Positions 1-10,167 of a DNA stretch of 64,000 bases are shown one piece after another. Source of the DNA: an uncultured Gammaproteobacteria bacterium (lineage in GTDB: Bacteria; Patescibacteriota; Microgenomatia; Woykebacterales; RBG-16-39-9b); assembly GCA_965231125.1 (NCBI GenBank), contig OZ246414.1:512137-576136 (forward strand), read 5' to 3'. The first letter of the stretch is position 1. Each line of letters opens with the position of its first letter. The position numbers and the translations under genes were made by a program. The notes under the pieces are model-generated. The model was not told the DNA's origin, made no database searches, and saw nothing but the letters and a program-made list of their open reading frames with translations.

Positions 1-747
1 GCAGCGATAGTGCTCAAAGAAATTGCCGGATTTGACCTAAAAGATTCAAATTGTATTGATAGGCAGGTTCCGGATTATCCGACACTTCTAGATGGACAAA
101 TAAAGGGATTGAAAGTCGGTGTACCTAAAGAGTTTTTTGGTCACGGTGTAGACGCAAAAGTTGCCGAGACGGTTAAAGCCGCTATTAAAAAATTGGAAGA
201 TTCGGGAACGGAGATTGTTGAAATTAGCTTACCGAGAAGTACGGATGCGGTTGCCGTTTACTACTTGATAGTCCCCTCCGAGGTTTCGGCAAATATGGCT
301 CGTTATGACGGGATCCGTTACGGATTTGGAAGAGATAAATTTGGGGAGGAAGTAAAAAGAAGAATAATGCTGGGAACTTACGCTTTATCTTCTGGTTATT
401 ACGACGCCTACTATTTGAAAGCCGCAAAAGTCCGCACTCTTATTATCGAAGAGTTTAAAAAAGCTTTTGAAAAGGTGGATGTAATTGTAGGCCCAACCTC
501 CCCAACTACAGCATTTGGTATTGGGGAAAAAGCAGACGACCCTTTGCAAATGTATTTGGCGGACGTTTTAACTTGCCCTCAAGATTTAGCGGGGGTACCG
601 GCCATCTCAGTACCTTGCGGTTTTGTCGAGGAATTGCCGGTTGGGCTTCAAATTACCGGTAAGCATTGGGATGAGGCGACAATTTTGAAAGTTGCTCACG
701 CTTACGAACAAGCAACAGACTGGCGCAAGCAAAAACCACAAATCTGA
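1..747 (+). CDS. gatA: Glutamyl-tRNA(Gln) amidotransferase subunit A, C-terminal part (5' end outside window)
   Basis: Frame open from base 1. Amidase-signature C-terminus ([11 protein letters not shown]...[22 protein letters not shown]). Followed by gatB. Confidence 0.85.
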   Translation, partial: AAIVLKEIAGFDLKDSNCIDRQVPDYPTLLDGQIKGLKVGVPKEFFGHGVDAKVAETVKAAIKKLEDSGTEIVEISLPRSTDAVAVYYLIVPSEVSANMARYDGIRYGFGRDKFGEEVKRRIMLGTYALSSGYYDAYYLKAAKVRTLIIEEFKKAFEKVDVIVGPTSPTTAFGIGEKADDPLQMYLADVLTCPQDLAGVPAISVPCGFVEELPVGLQITGKHWDEATILKVAHAYEQATDWRKQKPQI

Positions 748-1151
748 TGGGAATCTTAGATTTTTTTAGCGGAAAACCGAAATACAAGACTCTGCAAGAG
801 GCTTATTTGAGTGGTCTTGATAGAAATTTGGTAACTGAACGGTGGGAAGATTTGGAGGGAAAATTAAGCTCAAAATCCCCGGCGGCAGCTCGAGAGGCGG
901 TTTTGGAGGCGGACAAAGCTTTGGGTTACGCCCTGGAAAAAATTTATCCGGGAGGCGAAAATACAGGGGAGCGTCTAAAAGCCGCCAAGAAAAAATTCTC
1001 GGGGAAATACGACGATTACGACGCTCTTTGGTACGCTCACAAAATCCGCAACGAAATGGTTCACAACGTTAATTTTGAATTACCTACTACGCAAGCAAAA
1101 GATATATTGGAAAAATTTAAGAGAGGCTTAGAGATTTTAGGAGCGTTATGA
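747..1151 (+). CDS. Hypothetical 134-aa protein with HEPN/DUF86-like R-x4-H motif (RNEMVHN) near C-terminus
   Basis: ATG overlaps the gatA stop (TGATG) and its stop overlaps the gatB ATG (ATGA). No other recognisable domain. Rx4H spacing matches the HEPN nuclease signature. Confidence 0.5.
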   Translation: MGILDFFSGKPKYKTLQEAYLSGLDRNLVTERWEDLEGKLSSKSPAAAREAVLEADKALGYALEKIYPGGENTGERLKAAKKKFSGKYDDYDALWYAHKIRNEMVHNVNFELPTTQAKDILEKFKRGLEILGAL

Positions 1152-2617
1152 GGGAGTACGAAACAACAATTGGTTTGGAAGTGCATGTTCAACTAAAAAC
1201 AAAGTCCAAAATGTTCTGTACAGGTATTGCCGAATATTTCGGAGAAGAGCCAAACTCACACACTTGTCCCGTTTGCCTCGGGCTTCCGGGGGCTCTCCCC
1301 GTAATAAATCAAAAGGCAATAGAATCTGCAATCAAGGTTGGTTTGGCCTTAAATTGCCAAGTAAATAAAGAAACAAAATTTGATAGGAAAAATTATTTTT
1401 ACCCGGATTTACCTAAAGGTTATCAGATTTCTCAGTACGATTTACCAGTCTCGAGGCAGGGTCACATATTGGTCGAGGGGAAAAAAATCAGAATCAACCG
1501 GGCTCATATGGAAGAAGATACCGGAAAGTTAATCCACACAAAAGTGGCTGGGAAAATGGTCAGTTTAATAGATTTTAATCGCTCGGGAGTCCCTTTGCTG
1601 GAAATTGTCTCAGAGCCGGATATTTCTTCTCCGGAAGGGGCCCGCAGTTACGCCAAGAAGCTGCACCAAACCATGCGTTACTTGGAAGTGGCCGATGTTG
1701 ATATGGAAAAAGCCGGCATGAGATTTGATGCCAACGTTTCTCTTCGAGCCAAGGGGGATAAGGAGCTGGGAACTAAAGTTGAAATAAAAAATATAAACTC
1801 ATTTAGATTTTTAGCTAAGGCTCTGGAGTTTGAAATCGTCCGCCAAGCGAAGAAATTGGACGCCGGAGAAAAAATTATTCAGGAGACTCGCGGTTGGGTG
1901 GAAGGCAAAGGTGAGACAGTCTCCCAACGAACAAAAGAGACCTCCCCAGACTACCGGTATTTTCCAGAACCAGACCTTCCGCCCCTCTCTATAAGCGCGG
2001 AACTGGTTGATAATCTAAAAAAACAAATGCCGGAACTTCCGGACGAAAAGTTAGAACGTTTTCAGAAGGATTACGCTTTAGGGGCTTATGATAGTCGTTT
2101 GTTGACCGAAGACAAAAATCTTGCCGATTGGTATGAAGAGGCAGTTTTGGACTATACCAGATTGGGACAAAATAAAAAGGAGCCTACCAATATCGATTTC
2201 CAAAAAACAAAAAAAGTTGCTAACTGGGTTTTGGGGGAATTGGCCAGGCTTTTAAATGATAAAGGGCAAAGTATAAAAGAGGCAAAAATAGAACCCGCCG
2301 CACTTGTGCAGTTACTTCTCTTAGTAGACGGCGAAAAGATTACCCGAGAGACAGCCAAACAAGTGTTTGCTAAGATGTTTCAAGAAGGAAAACTGCCTGC
2401 TAAAATAATAGAGGAGGAGGCCTTAGGACAGATGACGGAAGAAGAATTGGAAGGGGTAGTAGTTAGCGTAATAGAGGAAAATGAAAAGGCATCTACCGAC
2501 TACAAAGCCGGTAAAAAAGAATCGTTAAAATTTTTGGTTGGACAGGCGATGAAAAAAACTAAGGGCAAGGGGGGTCCGCAAATTATAACTAGGGTTCTCC
2601 AAGAAAAACTTTTATGA
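1148..2617 (+). CDS. gatB: Aspartyl/glutamyl-tRNA amidotransferase subunit B
   Basis: N-terminus MREYETTIGLEVHVQLKT...CPVCLGLPGALP and C-terminal YqeY-like tail. Length 489 aa. Confidence 0.9.
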   Translation: MREYETTIGLEVHVQLKTKSKMFCTGIAEYFGEEPNSHTCPVCLGLPGALPVINQKAIESAIKVGLALNCQVNKETKFDRKNYFYPDLPKGYQISQYDLPVSRQGHILVEGKKIRINRAHMEEDTGKLIHTKVAGKMVSLIDFNRSGVPLLEIVSEPDISSPEGARSYAKKLHQTMRYLEVADVDMEKAGMRFDANVSLRAKGDKELGTKVEIKNINSFRFLAKALEFEIVRQAKKLDAGEKIIQETRGWVEGKGETVSQRTKETSPDYRYFPEPDLPPLSISAELVDNLKKQMPELPDEKLERFQKDYALGAYDSRLLTEDKNLADWYEEAVLDYTRLGQNKKEPTNIDFQKTKKVANWVLGELARLLNDKGQSIKEAKIEPAALVQLLLLVDGEKITRETAKQVFAKMFQEGKLPAKIIEEEALGQMTEEELEGVVVSVIEENEKASTDYKAGKKESLKFLVGQAMKKTKGKGGPQIITRVLQEKLL

Positions 2618-4416
2618 ATGCCGAAGTAGGCACAGAAGTAAAATACGATTTAATCACAACTGCCGACGGTCTCGTAAAAATAATTGATGATTTGGAAAAA
2701 TCGCCCATTATTGGTTTGGACACTGAAGGTACGAAATTTGATCCGTTCACCGCGAAATTACTACTTTTACAAATATCTACGAAAAATAATATTTACGTTA
2801 TCGATAATGGTAAAGTAGATATCTCCCCAATAAAACACATTTTGGAGTCGGAAAGACCACTAAAAATCGCTCAAAACGCCAAGTTTGACTATTCGTTGTT
2901 AAAAGCCCAGGCGGGAGTAAAGCTAGGGGCGGTTTTTGATACTATGCTTGCCGAAAGAATTCTGACGATGGGGGTCTCTCGGGAAATATCTCTAAAGACG
3001 ATTGCGGAGAAATACCTAGGTGTAAAAATGGATAAGACAATCCGGGAAACTTTTACAGATCCTAGGAATAATACCGGCCAGGTAAACTTCACCAAAGAAC
3101 AGCTTGATTATGCGGCCCGTGACGTTTCAGTTCTTATTCCAATTTTCGAGAAACAGTTCAAAAAACTTCAAGAGGAAGGGTTAATCGAAGTAGCAAAGCT
3201 AGAATTTTTAGTTGTACCGGTTGTTTCAGAAATGGAACTAAGGGGATCGTTAATTGACCAAGTAAAGTGGCGAAAATATATAGCCGAGTTGCGGGAGAAG
3301 AGAGATATAATTAACAAAGAAATACAAGACGATTTGCGCCATTTAAGCCCTTACTCTCAAACAGATCTTTTTGGTAATGAGGTTGATACAATAAATCTCG
3401 ACTCGCCTTTACAACTTCTCACCGCTTTTAAAAAAATGGGGGTTGAGTTGCCCAATACCGCCGAAGCCACTTTACATAAATCCGCTCACCCCTTAGCAAA
3501 AAAACTTTTAGAGTACCGAGCTTACGAGAAAATGATCACTTCTTTTGGGGAGTCTATCCTTGAGAAAATTCACCCTATCACGGGCAGACTACACCCAGAT
3601 TTCATCCAGCTTGGGGCGGATACAGGTAGGTTTGCCTGCAATAATCCAAACTTACAACAAATACCGGCCGACTCCGGTTTCCGGAGTTGTTTTATCGCGA
3701 CTCCTGGTTACAAACTTATAACAGCTGATTATTCTCAAATTGAACTTAGAATAATGGCGGAAGTCAGCGGAGATCCGGCTTTTCTAGAAGCATTCCAAGA
3801 AGATACGGATTTGCACACTTTAACAGCGAGCCAAATGTTTCGAATGCCAATTGAGAAAGTTAATAAAGATAAAAGATTCCAAGCAAAATCAATTAATTTT
3901 GGCTTGATGTATGGTAGAGGGCCAGCTTCTTTAGCCAATCAAATCGGTCTTTCAGTCGAGGAATCGAGAAAGTTACTGGAAGTTTATTTTGCAAAATATA
4001 AAAAAGTAAAGCAGTGGCTAGATAATGTTGGTCGCCAATCAGTTCGCCAAGGGTACATCCGTACATTGAGCGGAAGGAAAAGAATGTTTAATTTACCGGA
4101 TAAAACTGATATGGATTACGAAAAATTGATTGGAGCAGTGGAGAGACAAGGGAAAAATACGCCTATACAAGGCACGAGCGCCGACATTACAAAGTACGCT
4201 TTGGTTTTTATAGAGCGGGAAATTAAAAGTAGGGGGCTGGACGCTTACTTAATTCACACTGTCCACGATGAAATTGTAACCGAGGCCGCCGAAGATACCG
4301 TAGAGGAAGTTGCCAGTTTAGTTGAGGAGCAAATGATTAAAGCGGGCGAAAAACTTTTGAAAAAAGTTCCGGTGAAAGTAGACATTCATATTTCAGAGTG
4401 TTGGGAAAAGGGTTAG
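2614..4416 (+). CDS. polA: DNA polymerase I, Klenow-like (3'-5' exonuclease + polymerase domains; no 5'-3' nuclease domain)
   Basis: Exo motifs GLDTEGT, NAKFDYSLL and YAARDVSVL. Polymerase motifs DYSQIELRIMAEVSGD, KSINFGLMYG and HTVHDEIV. Only 600 aa. Confidence 0.9.
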   Translation: MNAEVGTEVKYDLITTADGLVKIIDDLEKSPIIGLDTEGTKFDPFTAKLLLLQISTKNNIYVIDNGKVDISPIKHILESERPLKIAQNAKFDYSLLKAQAGVKLGAVFDTMLAERILTMGVSREISLKTIAEKYLGVKMDKTIRETFTDPRNNTGQVNFTKEQLDYAARDVSVLIPIFEKQFKKLQEEGLIEVAKLEFLVVPVVSEMELRGSLIDQVKWRKYIAELREKRDIINKEIQDDLRHLSPYSQTDLFGNEVDTINLDSPLQLLTAFKKMGVELPNTAEATLHKSAHPLAKKLLEYRAYEKMITSFGESILEKIHPITGRLHPDFIQLGADTGRFACNNPNLQQIPADSGFRSCFIATPGYKLITADYSQIELRIMAEVSGDPAFLEAFQEDTDLHTLTASQMFRMPIEKVNKDKRFQAKSINFGLMYGRGPASLANQIGLSVEESRKLLEVYFAKYKKVKQWLDNVGRQSVRQGYIRTLSGRKRMFNLPDKTDMDYEKLIGAVERQGKNTPIQGTSADITKYALVFIEREIKSRGLDAYLIHTVHDEIVTEAAEDTVEEVASLVEEQMIKAGEKLLKKVPVKVDIHISECWEKG

Positions 4417-4476
4417 GGAGTCTGGTAGAGGTTTATGATAATTGACCTTAAGTTAGCCTCATAGTATACTTATTGT

Positions 4477-5403
4477 ATGGGCCTACTGCTCGCGAGATGG
4501 ATTTATCCACACTTTCATAATGATCACCATCCTTTTGCAATTCGCCACCAAGCTCTTTTTGGGTTTGTAATTATACTCTCTTTAGTTCAGGTTGTTACTA
4601 ACGCAGTAAGTGGCAATCCCAAAATATTAGGCTACGCAACTAATATATCTTCCGAGGTAATTGTTAATTTAACAAACAACGAAAGGGTGAAGGAAAATGC
4701 CCCCGCGTTGCAGGAAAGTACGCTTCTAGATAGGGCTGCCGCCCTTAAAGCGCAGAACATGTTTGCTAAAGATTATTGGGCCCACTTTGCACCAGATGGC
4801 ACCTCGCCTTGGTATTTTTTCGATAAAGTCGATTATAAATATTCCTGGGCTGGGGAAAATCTCGCTCGGGATTTTCAGACTTCTTCTGGAGTTGTTGCCG
4901 GTTGGATGGCTTCCACCGAAGGGCACCGAGAAAATATTTTAAATCCCAACTTTACTCAGATTGGTGTCGCTGTAGAAAACGGCACGCTTCTGGGGAGTCA
5001 AACTACCCTAGTGGTTCAACTTTTTGGCAGACCAGTAAGTTATTTAGCGTCCGCACCAACCAATACACAGTCGGCTAAGAGTACCTCTGTTAATGATAAT
5101 TTGGTTTTACCGACAGGTAAAGCAAGCCACACTACTATTGGCAAGGAAAAGGCGGTTATCACCTCCTCAGGTTTAAGTGTCGGTTCGGGCTTGAATCTTG
5201 CCGAGTTGGTAAGAAATATGAGCCTTAGCCAAAAAACAAGTTTCTCCCTACTTTTTGTTTTAGGATCACTTTTTGCCCTGGATTCAGTGGCAATTTTTCG
5301 TAAAGAACACACTCGGTCTAACAGCCATTCCGGAATGCACGCAGTAGTAATCTTGGTACTGATGGTAACTCTAATGGCGCAAAGCTTAGGAGTAATTTTA
5401 TGA
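4477..5403 (+). CDS. CAP/SCP (PR-1-like) domain protein with N- and C-terminal TM segments
   Basis: Core YWAHFAPDG...SWAGENLARDF...GHRENILNPNFTQIGVAV is typical of the CAP superfamily. Hydrophobic segments at both ends. Confidence 0.6.
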   Translation: MGLLLARWIYPHFHNDHHPFAIRHQALFGFVIILSLVQVVTNAVSGNPKILGYATNISSEVIVNLTNNERVKENAPALQESTLLDRAAALKAQNMFAKDYWAHFAPDGTSPWYFFDKVDYKYSWAGENLARDFQTSSGVVAGWMASTEGHRENILNPNFTQIGVAVENGTLLGSQTTLVVQLFGRPVSYLASAPTNTQSAKSTSVNDNLVLPTGKASHTTIGKEKAVITSSGLSVGSGLNLAELVRNMSLSQKTSFSLLFVLGSLFALDSVAIFRKEHTRSNSHSGMHAVVILVLMVTLMAQSLGVIL

Positions 5404-5654
5404 AAAAATATCACCTTTCCCATGCATTGCAGTACGCTGTCTTGGCCGTAGTCTTTTTAGTTTCAATACCGACTCTGTTTGTTGTTAGGCAGGAAGGAAC
5501 GCGGATTTTTCTTATTTTTGCCCTGAGTCTGTTCTACTTGGTAGTTGGTATTTGGCATCATCTCGAAGAAAAAAATTTAACGGCCACAACCCTCTTGGAG
5601 TATTTAGCCGTCAGCTTAATAATCTTTGTTGTTCTTTTTTCTGTTTTTCGCTGA
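5400..5654 (+). CDS. Small membrane protein (2 TM), hypothetical
   Basis: ATGA overlap with the upstream CAP gene stop. Two clear hydrophobic helices. No homology recognised. Confidence 0.35.
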   Translation: MKKYHLSHALQYAVLAVVFLVSIPTLFVVRQEGTRIFLIFALSLFYLVVGIWHHLEEKNLTATTLLEYLAVSLIIFVVLFSVFR

Positions 5655-5704
5655 CAGGTAGTTATTTGACATACAAGAGCCCAAAGTATAAAATAGTTTG
5701 GTTT

Positions 5705-6013
5705 ATGGAAGAGCGTAAAGAAGAAATAAAATTAGAGCCTGGAGACACCGCTCGCATCAGCGTTAGAGTTAAAGAAGCCGGCAAAGAAAGAATTCAAGTT
5801 TTTGAAGGCGCGGTTATATCCGTTCGCGGTAGTGGTGAATCTAAAACTTTTACAGTCAGGAAAATTGGTGCGGCTGGCGTGGGAATAGAGCGAATTTGGC
5901 CCGCCGGCAGTCCAAGTATTCAAAAGATTGAGATAAGAAAAAAATCTCCGGCACGGCGCGCAAAACTGTATTTTCTTCGTTCCCGTAAAGGTAAAGCCGC
6001 TTTGGGTATATGA
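5705..6013 (+). CDS. rplS: 50S ribosomal protein L19
   Basis: [46 protein letters not shown] is the L19 signature. The ORF-track start at 5552 is probably too far upstream; the internal ATG at 5705 fits L19 length. Confidence 0.85.
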   Translation: MEERKEEIKLEPGDTARISVRVKEAGKERIQVFEGAVISVRGSGESKTFTVRKIGAAGVGIERIWPAGSPSIQKIEIRKKSPARRAKLYFLRSRKGKAALGI

Positions 6014-6630
6014 GGCGTGTTGCCGCCCACTTTCAATACGAAAAAGAGCTTTGGAAAAAGGGAGTAGAGTTTGTCGCTGGTGTCGATGAAGTTGGTCGTG
6101 GTTCCTGGGCCGGGCCAGTTGTGGCAGCCGCCGTTGTCTTCCCCAAAAACATAAACTTCGCAGAAGAACTTTACGATTCAAAGTTGGTTTTACCAAGACA
6201 CCGCGAAAGGCTATCAAGGTTGATTCACCAGTATGCTTTGGCGATCGGTTTGGGAGTGGTTGAAGTGCCGGTGATAAACAAACTCGGTATTGGTAAAGCC
6301 ACCCAGAGGGCATTTCGGAAGGCAATTTTTCAACTCACGAGCGTTCCCAGCTGGATTCTAATTGACGCTTTTTATATAAAACACCTCAAAAAGGACAACC
6401 AGCTGCCAATTAAAAAAGGAGACACAATAGCGGCCTCTATCGCTGCTGCCTCAATAGTCGCCAAAGTTTATCGGGACTCCCTGATGAGAAAGTTGGGAAG
6501 ACTCTACCCAGAATACGGGTTTGGTGTTAACAAAGGCTACGGAACAGCCTTTCACCAAGAGGCTATCAGAAAATACAAGCTTTGCAAAGCTCACAGGCTC
6601 TCCTTTAATTTAAGTTATCTAACCCAATGA
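6010..6630 (+). CDS. rnhB: Ribonuclease HII
   Basis: [22 protein letters not shown] catalytic motif. ATGA overlap with rplS. Confidence 0.85.
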   Translation: MRRVAAHFQYEKELWKKGVEFVAGVDEVGRGSWAGPVVAAAVVFPKNINFAEELYDSKLVLPRHRERLSRLIHQYALAIGLGVVEVPVINKLGIGKATQRAFRKAIFQLTSVPSWILIDAFYIKHLKKDNQLPIKKGDTIAASIAAASIVAKVYRDSLMRKLGRLYPEYGFGVNKGYGTAFHQEAIRKYKLCKAHRLSFNLSYLTQ

Positions 6631-6986
6631 CAAAAACTTCCTTAGGTAAAAAAGGTGAAGAAATTGCTGAAAAATTTTTAATTGATCGGGGCTTCAAAAT
6701 ACTTGAAAAAAATTTCCGAGCCCGTTTTGGGGAGATAGATATAATTGCAAACTACAAAGATACTTTGGTTCTTGTCGAAGTCAAGACAAGACATTCTGCA
6801 AATTTTGGTTTACCCGAAGAAGCAGTAACATATCGGAAAATAAAAACGATTGCTAAAGTTGGGGAATACTACCGCGCTTTCAAGGAAAATCTGCCTGATT
6901 CGGAAAGAATTGATGTGGTGGCGGTTGATTTTGACGAAGACGGAAAATTAAAAAGGGTTGAGTTAATTGAAAACGTTACCGGCTAA
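6627..6986 (+). CDS. yraN: YraN/UPF0102 family endonuclease
   Basis: GEEIAEKFLIDRGFKILEKNFRARFGEIDIIA...LVLVEVKTR matches the YraN pattern. Overlaps the rnhB stop. Confidence 0.75.
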   Translation: MTKTSLGKKGEEIAEKFLIDRGFKILEKNFRARFGEIDIIANYKDTLVLVEVKTRHSANFGLPEEAVTYRKIKTIAKVGEYYRAFKENLPDSERIDVVAVDFDEDGKLKRVELIENVTG

Positions 6987-7456
6987 TTATGATTCGAGTT
7001 TTCAATACTAGTTTCTTGGTCGACCTCATATGTCGTATCCGTACGAGAATTTGAGTGCAAATTGACCTCAAATTTTCCGTCACCACTCATTGGTAAAGTA
7101 ATACTTAAATTCCCATCTTTTAGTTCTTTCTTAAAATCTATTGGGGGTTGTGGTTCGGGCGTTATGTTCACTGATGCATCTGATCCTTCCTCTGAAGATT
7201 TTATTGAAATACTAATTCTTGACGTGCCGGCTGGGTCTGGTGTTTTTGGGGTTTCAGGTGTTTGAGGTGTACTAGGGGTTGCTTGGTTGGGTGGTTGTGG
7301 ATTGCTCGATTCATCTGTATTTGGGGTGGTAGTATTCTCGGCTAAAGATTGATTTGACTGGAAAAAAGCTAGGGCTCCGACAAGTGCTACCCCGAGTATA
7401 ACTGCTCTATATTTAAATACTCTGGAAAAGACTATCAACCTCATTAAAAAGACCAT
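6983..7456 (-). CDS. Membrane-anchored secreted protein with Pro/Thr-rich linker, hypothetical
   Basis: N-terminal hydrophobic anchor, then a PNTDESSNPQPPNQATPSTPQTPETPKTPDP stalk and a small C-terminal domain. Confidence 0.45.
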   Translation of the reverse strand: MVFLMRLIVFSRVFKYRAVILGVALVGALAFFQSNQSLAENTTTPNTDESSNPQPPNQATPSTPQTPETPKTPDPAGTSRISISIKSSEEGSDASVNITPEPQPPIDFKKELKDGNLSITLPMSGDGKFEVNLHSNSRTDTTYEVDQETSIENSNHN

Positions 7457-7559
7457 ATCACTGCGGCGGTAAAAGTGTCAAGAGGTAAAATTGGCTACTG
7501 TCTAAATTCAAACTACAAGCAATATTTACAAGCCAAACCCCCTCTGCTATACTCGCCGC

Positions 7560-8201
7560 ATGGATGCAAGTGAGCAGCAGGTAAATCAACCGGCCAGTCT
7601 TGGCCGAAAAACAAAGACCCCGGTTGCGGCCTTAGTCGCCTTACTCGTTTTGGTACTTGTGGCCTTTGCTTGGTGGTTTATGTTTCGGGGCGCAAGACAG
7701 GCAAAAGCACCGACTAGTAACTATATGAATCCGACTGCCACTTCCTCCGCAAGTAACTCGGTGACACCAGGCGGAACCAGTAAAACGTATCCGGTGAAAG
7801 TGTATTTTTCAAAACACCCGGATTCGGATAGCGATCCAACCAAAGTCTTCGCTGTGAGCCGAACATCGACGGATGCCGGTGTCGCAAAATTTTCCCTTAG
7901 CGAGCTTATTGCTGGGCCAACGGCAGCCGAAAAAACCCAAGGTTATTACACCCAGCTAACTGTTTCGGGTAGTAGTAGCTGTGCTGGAGACAGTTTTACG
8001 ATATCAATTGTTTCTGGAAAAGCGACCGTAAAATTCTGTAAAGAAACTTCTCTTGGTGGGGAGCTGGATAGTGCTCGTCTTCAGGCGGAAATTGAGACTA
8101 CTATTCAACAATTCTCAACTATCACAAAAGTGGTCGTTCTAAATAAAAACGGGGACTGTATGTTTGATTTATCCGGAATGAATATGTGTCTTTCTAACTA
8201 G
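7560..8201 (+). CDS. Membrane-anchored GerMN-like domain protein (hypothetical)
   Basis: N-terminal TM. Region KVYFSKHPDSD..FAVSRTS..AKFSLSELIAGPTAAEKTQGYYTQL resembles GerMN/LpqB-type domains. Confidence 0.4.
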   Translation: MDASEQQVNQPASLGRKTKTPVAALVALLVLVLVAFAWWFMFRGARQAKAPTSNYMNPTATSSASNSVTPGGTSKTYPVKVYFSKHPDSDSDPTKVFAVSRTSTDAGVAKFSLSELIAGPTAAEKTQGYYTQLTVSGSSSCAGDSFTISIVSGKATVKFCKETSLGGELDSARLQAEIETTIQQFSTITKVVVLNKNGDCMFDLSGMNMCLSN

Positions 8202-8622
8202 AACCTTGGGTTTTATTTTCCTTTACCGCTTTGCCATTATTAATTTCGTAGCCAGCATCTTTAGCTAAGGCTTCCACAACTTCTTTTATATAAGCAATTT
8301 CTTTTTCTGCTTTTACATCGGTCTCATAATCAAGTTCGGCTCGTTGCTCCTCTCTTTCCGCCTGTCGGTTTTGGCTTATCATAACGAATGTAGACAAAAA
8401 TATTGCTTCCAGCGAAACGATTAAAGTAAGAAGACCAAACGGGTAGGGATCAAATCTATGAAGCACCGCAATTAAACCAATGTTAACTAACACCCAAAGG
8501 GCGAACCAAATAGTATGGACGTAGACAAAACGCATACTGCCAACAAAACTTGTGATCGCATCGGATATGTTATCTTCCAGAGCCCTTTTCTTTTCCAGCT
8601 CGTCGTTGAGATTTTTTGCCAT
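8194..8622 (-). CDS. DUF1003-like membrane protein (two TM + C-terminal coiled coil)
   Basis: FVGSMRFVYVHTIWFALWVLVNIGL...DPYPFGLLTLIVSLEAIFLSTFVMISQNRQAEREEQRAEL matches the DUF1003 architecture. Internal Met used as start; ORF-track start is 8685. Confidence 0.5.
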   Translation of the reverse strand: MAKNLNDELEKKRALEDNISDAITSFVGSMRFVYVHTIWFALWVLVNIGLIAVLHRFDPYPFGLLTLIVSLEAIFLSTFVMISQNRQAEREEQRAELDYETDVKAEKEIAYIKEVVEALAKDAGYEINNGKAVKENKTQGSS

Positions 8623-8687
8623 ATTTAACTCAAAAAAAAAATTATACCACTGTTGTGCCCTAAAATGAAAATATGTAATATACACAC

Positions 8688-9413
8688 ATGAAGTTTTTGG
8701 TTTTTCAACACGCTCCCCACGAACATACAGGATTAATTAAAAAATTTGCGGACTCTCGCGGGGTCAGTTTAGATACTGTCGAACTTTGGAAACCGTACAG
8801 GATTCCGACAATCGAAAATTATGACGCCCTTATAATAATGGGCGGGCCGATGGGAGTTTATGAGGGGAAAGACACCTTTCCTTCGAAAGAAGACGAGTTA
8901 AAAACTATAAAAAAGGCCGTCGGAAAAATTCCCATTCTTGGTTTTTGCTTGGGAAGCCAACTTTTGGCAGCGGCGTTAGGGGCGGAAGTTTATCCTAATA
9001 TCCAAAAGGGTAAAAAGATTAAAGAGATAGGTTATTACGAAGTAAATTTAACAGGGCAAGGACTCCAAGATAGATTGTTCAAGGGATTCTCCTCGCCGCT
9101 CTCGGTTTTGCAGTGGCACGGTGATATTTTTGAACTGCCGTCTGGCGTAACTTTATTGGCAACCGGAGAGGTTTGCCCAAACCAAGCCTTTTGTTACAAG
9201 AACGCTTATGGGCTTTTGTTTCATTTCGAATTTACTCCGGAGATGATAGCTAAGCAAATTGAAGTTGATAAAGAATGGATTCACGCTGATTTTGAGTTGG
9301 ATGAAAGCGAATTGCTAAGAAAAGCCACAGAAAACGCGGTTCTAATGGAGCGAGAGTGCCAAAAACTTTTTGACAACTTTCTTTCAATTGTAGAAACACC
9401 GCAAAAGCCTTAA
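8688..9413 (+). CDS. Class I glutamine amidotransferase-like protein
   Basis: ILGFCLGSQLLAAALGAEV nucleophile-elbow motif. GATase1 fold size. Confidence 0.7.
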   Translation: MKFLVFQHAPHEHTGLIKKFADSRGVSLDTVELWKPYRIPTIENYDALIIMGGPMGVYEGKDTFPSKEDELKTIKKAVGKIPILGFCLGSQLLAAALGAEVYPNIQKGKKIKEIGYYEVNLTGQGLQDRLFKGFSSPLSVLQWHGDIFELPSGVTLLATGEVCPNQAFCYKNAYGLLFHFEFTPEMIAKQIEVDKEWIHADFELDESELLRKATENAVLMERECQKLFDNFLSIVETPQKP

Positions 9414-9510
9414 AACTAATTTCTTGCAAATAAGAAACCCATAACCTATAATCTCCTTCAGCCTAAAGAATCACAAAACTAAATCCAACAAAGGAATGGA
9501 GGGATCAGCC

Positions 9511-10125
9511 GTGAAACTTACCGATGTAATATACGGTTTTCACCCGGTCATACGTTTGATGACCGCTCGGGTATCTGAGGAGGAGCTTTACACTGAGCAG
9601 CTAGCGAAGATGAGTGACGATGCTGTACGAGGCCATCTTAATCCAGATGTGCAGCGAGTTCTCTTTCTTCTTTACCATGCGGCGGTGACTGAAGACACAC
9701 TTTTGTACTTAATCACTCGTAACGCCCGTGTTTTTGATGTAGGCAGTTGGGAGTTTAGGCTCTGCCTACCCAGGCCTTATCGAAGCGGTGTGGTTCTAAC
9801 CGGTATTAGCGACACTGAGGCACTACGGATTGGTGCAAGTCTAAGTTTCTCACAATTGGAGAATTACCGATCCGCGGTATTTCAGAAAGGTTTATGGATT
9901 GCCCAAAACTTTTCTGAAGAAGTGCTTGATGAGCGGGTGGACACTCAGTGGGAGGAAGAGGTAGCCGCACGGTTCCATTCAGATGCTGTTCGCGACTCGG
10001 TGCTTGCTTTTTGGAGAGGTAAGAACGGCTTGTTCCTGCTTTTTCATGGCCTTGTCCACCAGCAGCAACACTTTGGAGAGGTGATATCACTGCTGGGTAG
10101 AGCTGGTCTAGCACCCAGGATTTAG
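9511..10125 (+). CDS. DinB/YfiT-like (DinB_2 superfamily) metal-dependent protein, hypothetical; GC-rich gene
   Basis: Spaced His residues and C-terminal LFHGLVHQQQHFGEV resemble the DinB_2 HxxHHxGQ region. GC about 55% versus about 40% in neighbours. Likely GTG start after a GGAGGG SD; ORF-track ATG at 9496. Confidence 0.4.
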   Translation: MKLTDVIYGFHPVIRLMTARVSEEELYTEQLAKMSDDAVRGHLNPDVQRVLFLLYHAAVTEDTLLYLITRNARVFDVGSWEFRLCLPRPYRSGVVLTGISDTEALRIGASLSFSQLENYRSAVFQKGLWIAQNFSEEVLDERVDTQWEEEVAARFHSDAVRDSVLAFWRGKNGLFLLFHGLVHQQQHFGEVISLLGRAGLAPRI

Positions 10126-10139
10126 CTGACCCACAAATT

Positions 10140-10167
10140 GGCTCCTAGACCAAACAGTTTAGGAGCC
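10140..10167 (+). terminator. Hairpin GGCTCCTAG-N10-TTAGGAGCC downstream of the DinB-like gene
   Basis: 9-bp perfect stem. No strong U-tract. Confidence 0.3.

Noticed and set aside
224-427. Short antisense/alternate-frame ORFs inside well-supported genes (e.g. 224-427 -, 842-1072 +, 2152-2358 -, 2889-3095 -, 3735-3938 -, 4726-4926 -, 5040-5423 -, 5732-6325 -)
   Set aside because: Entirely embedded in and antisense to, or out of frame with, strongly supported genes (gatA, gatB, polA, CAP, rplS/rnhB). No SD. Low-complexity translations.
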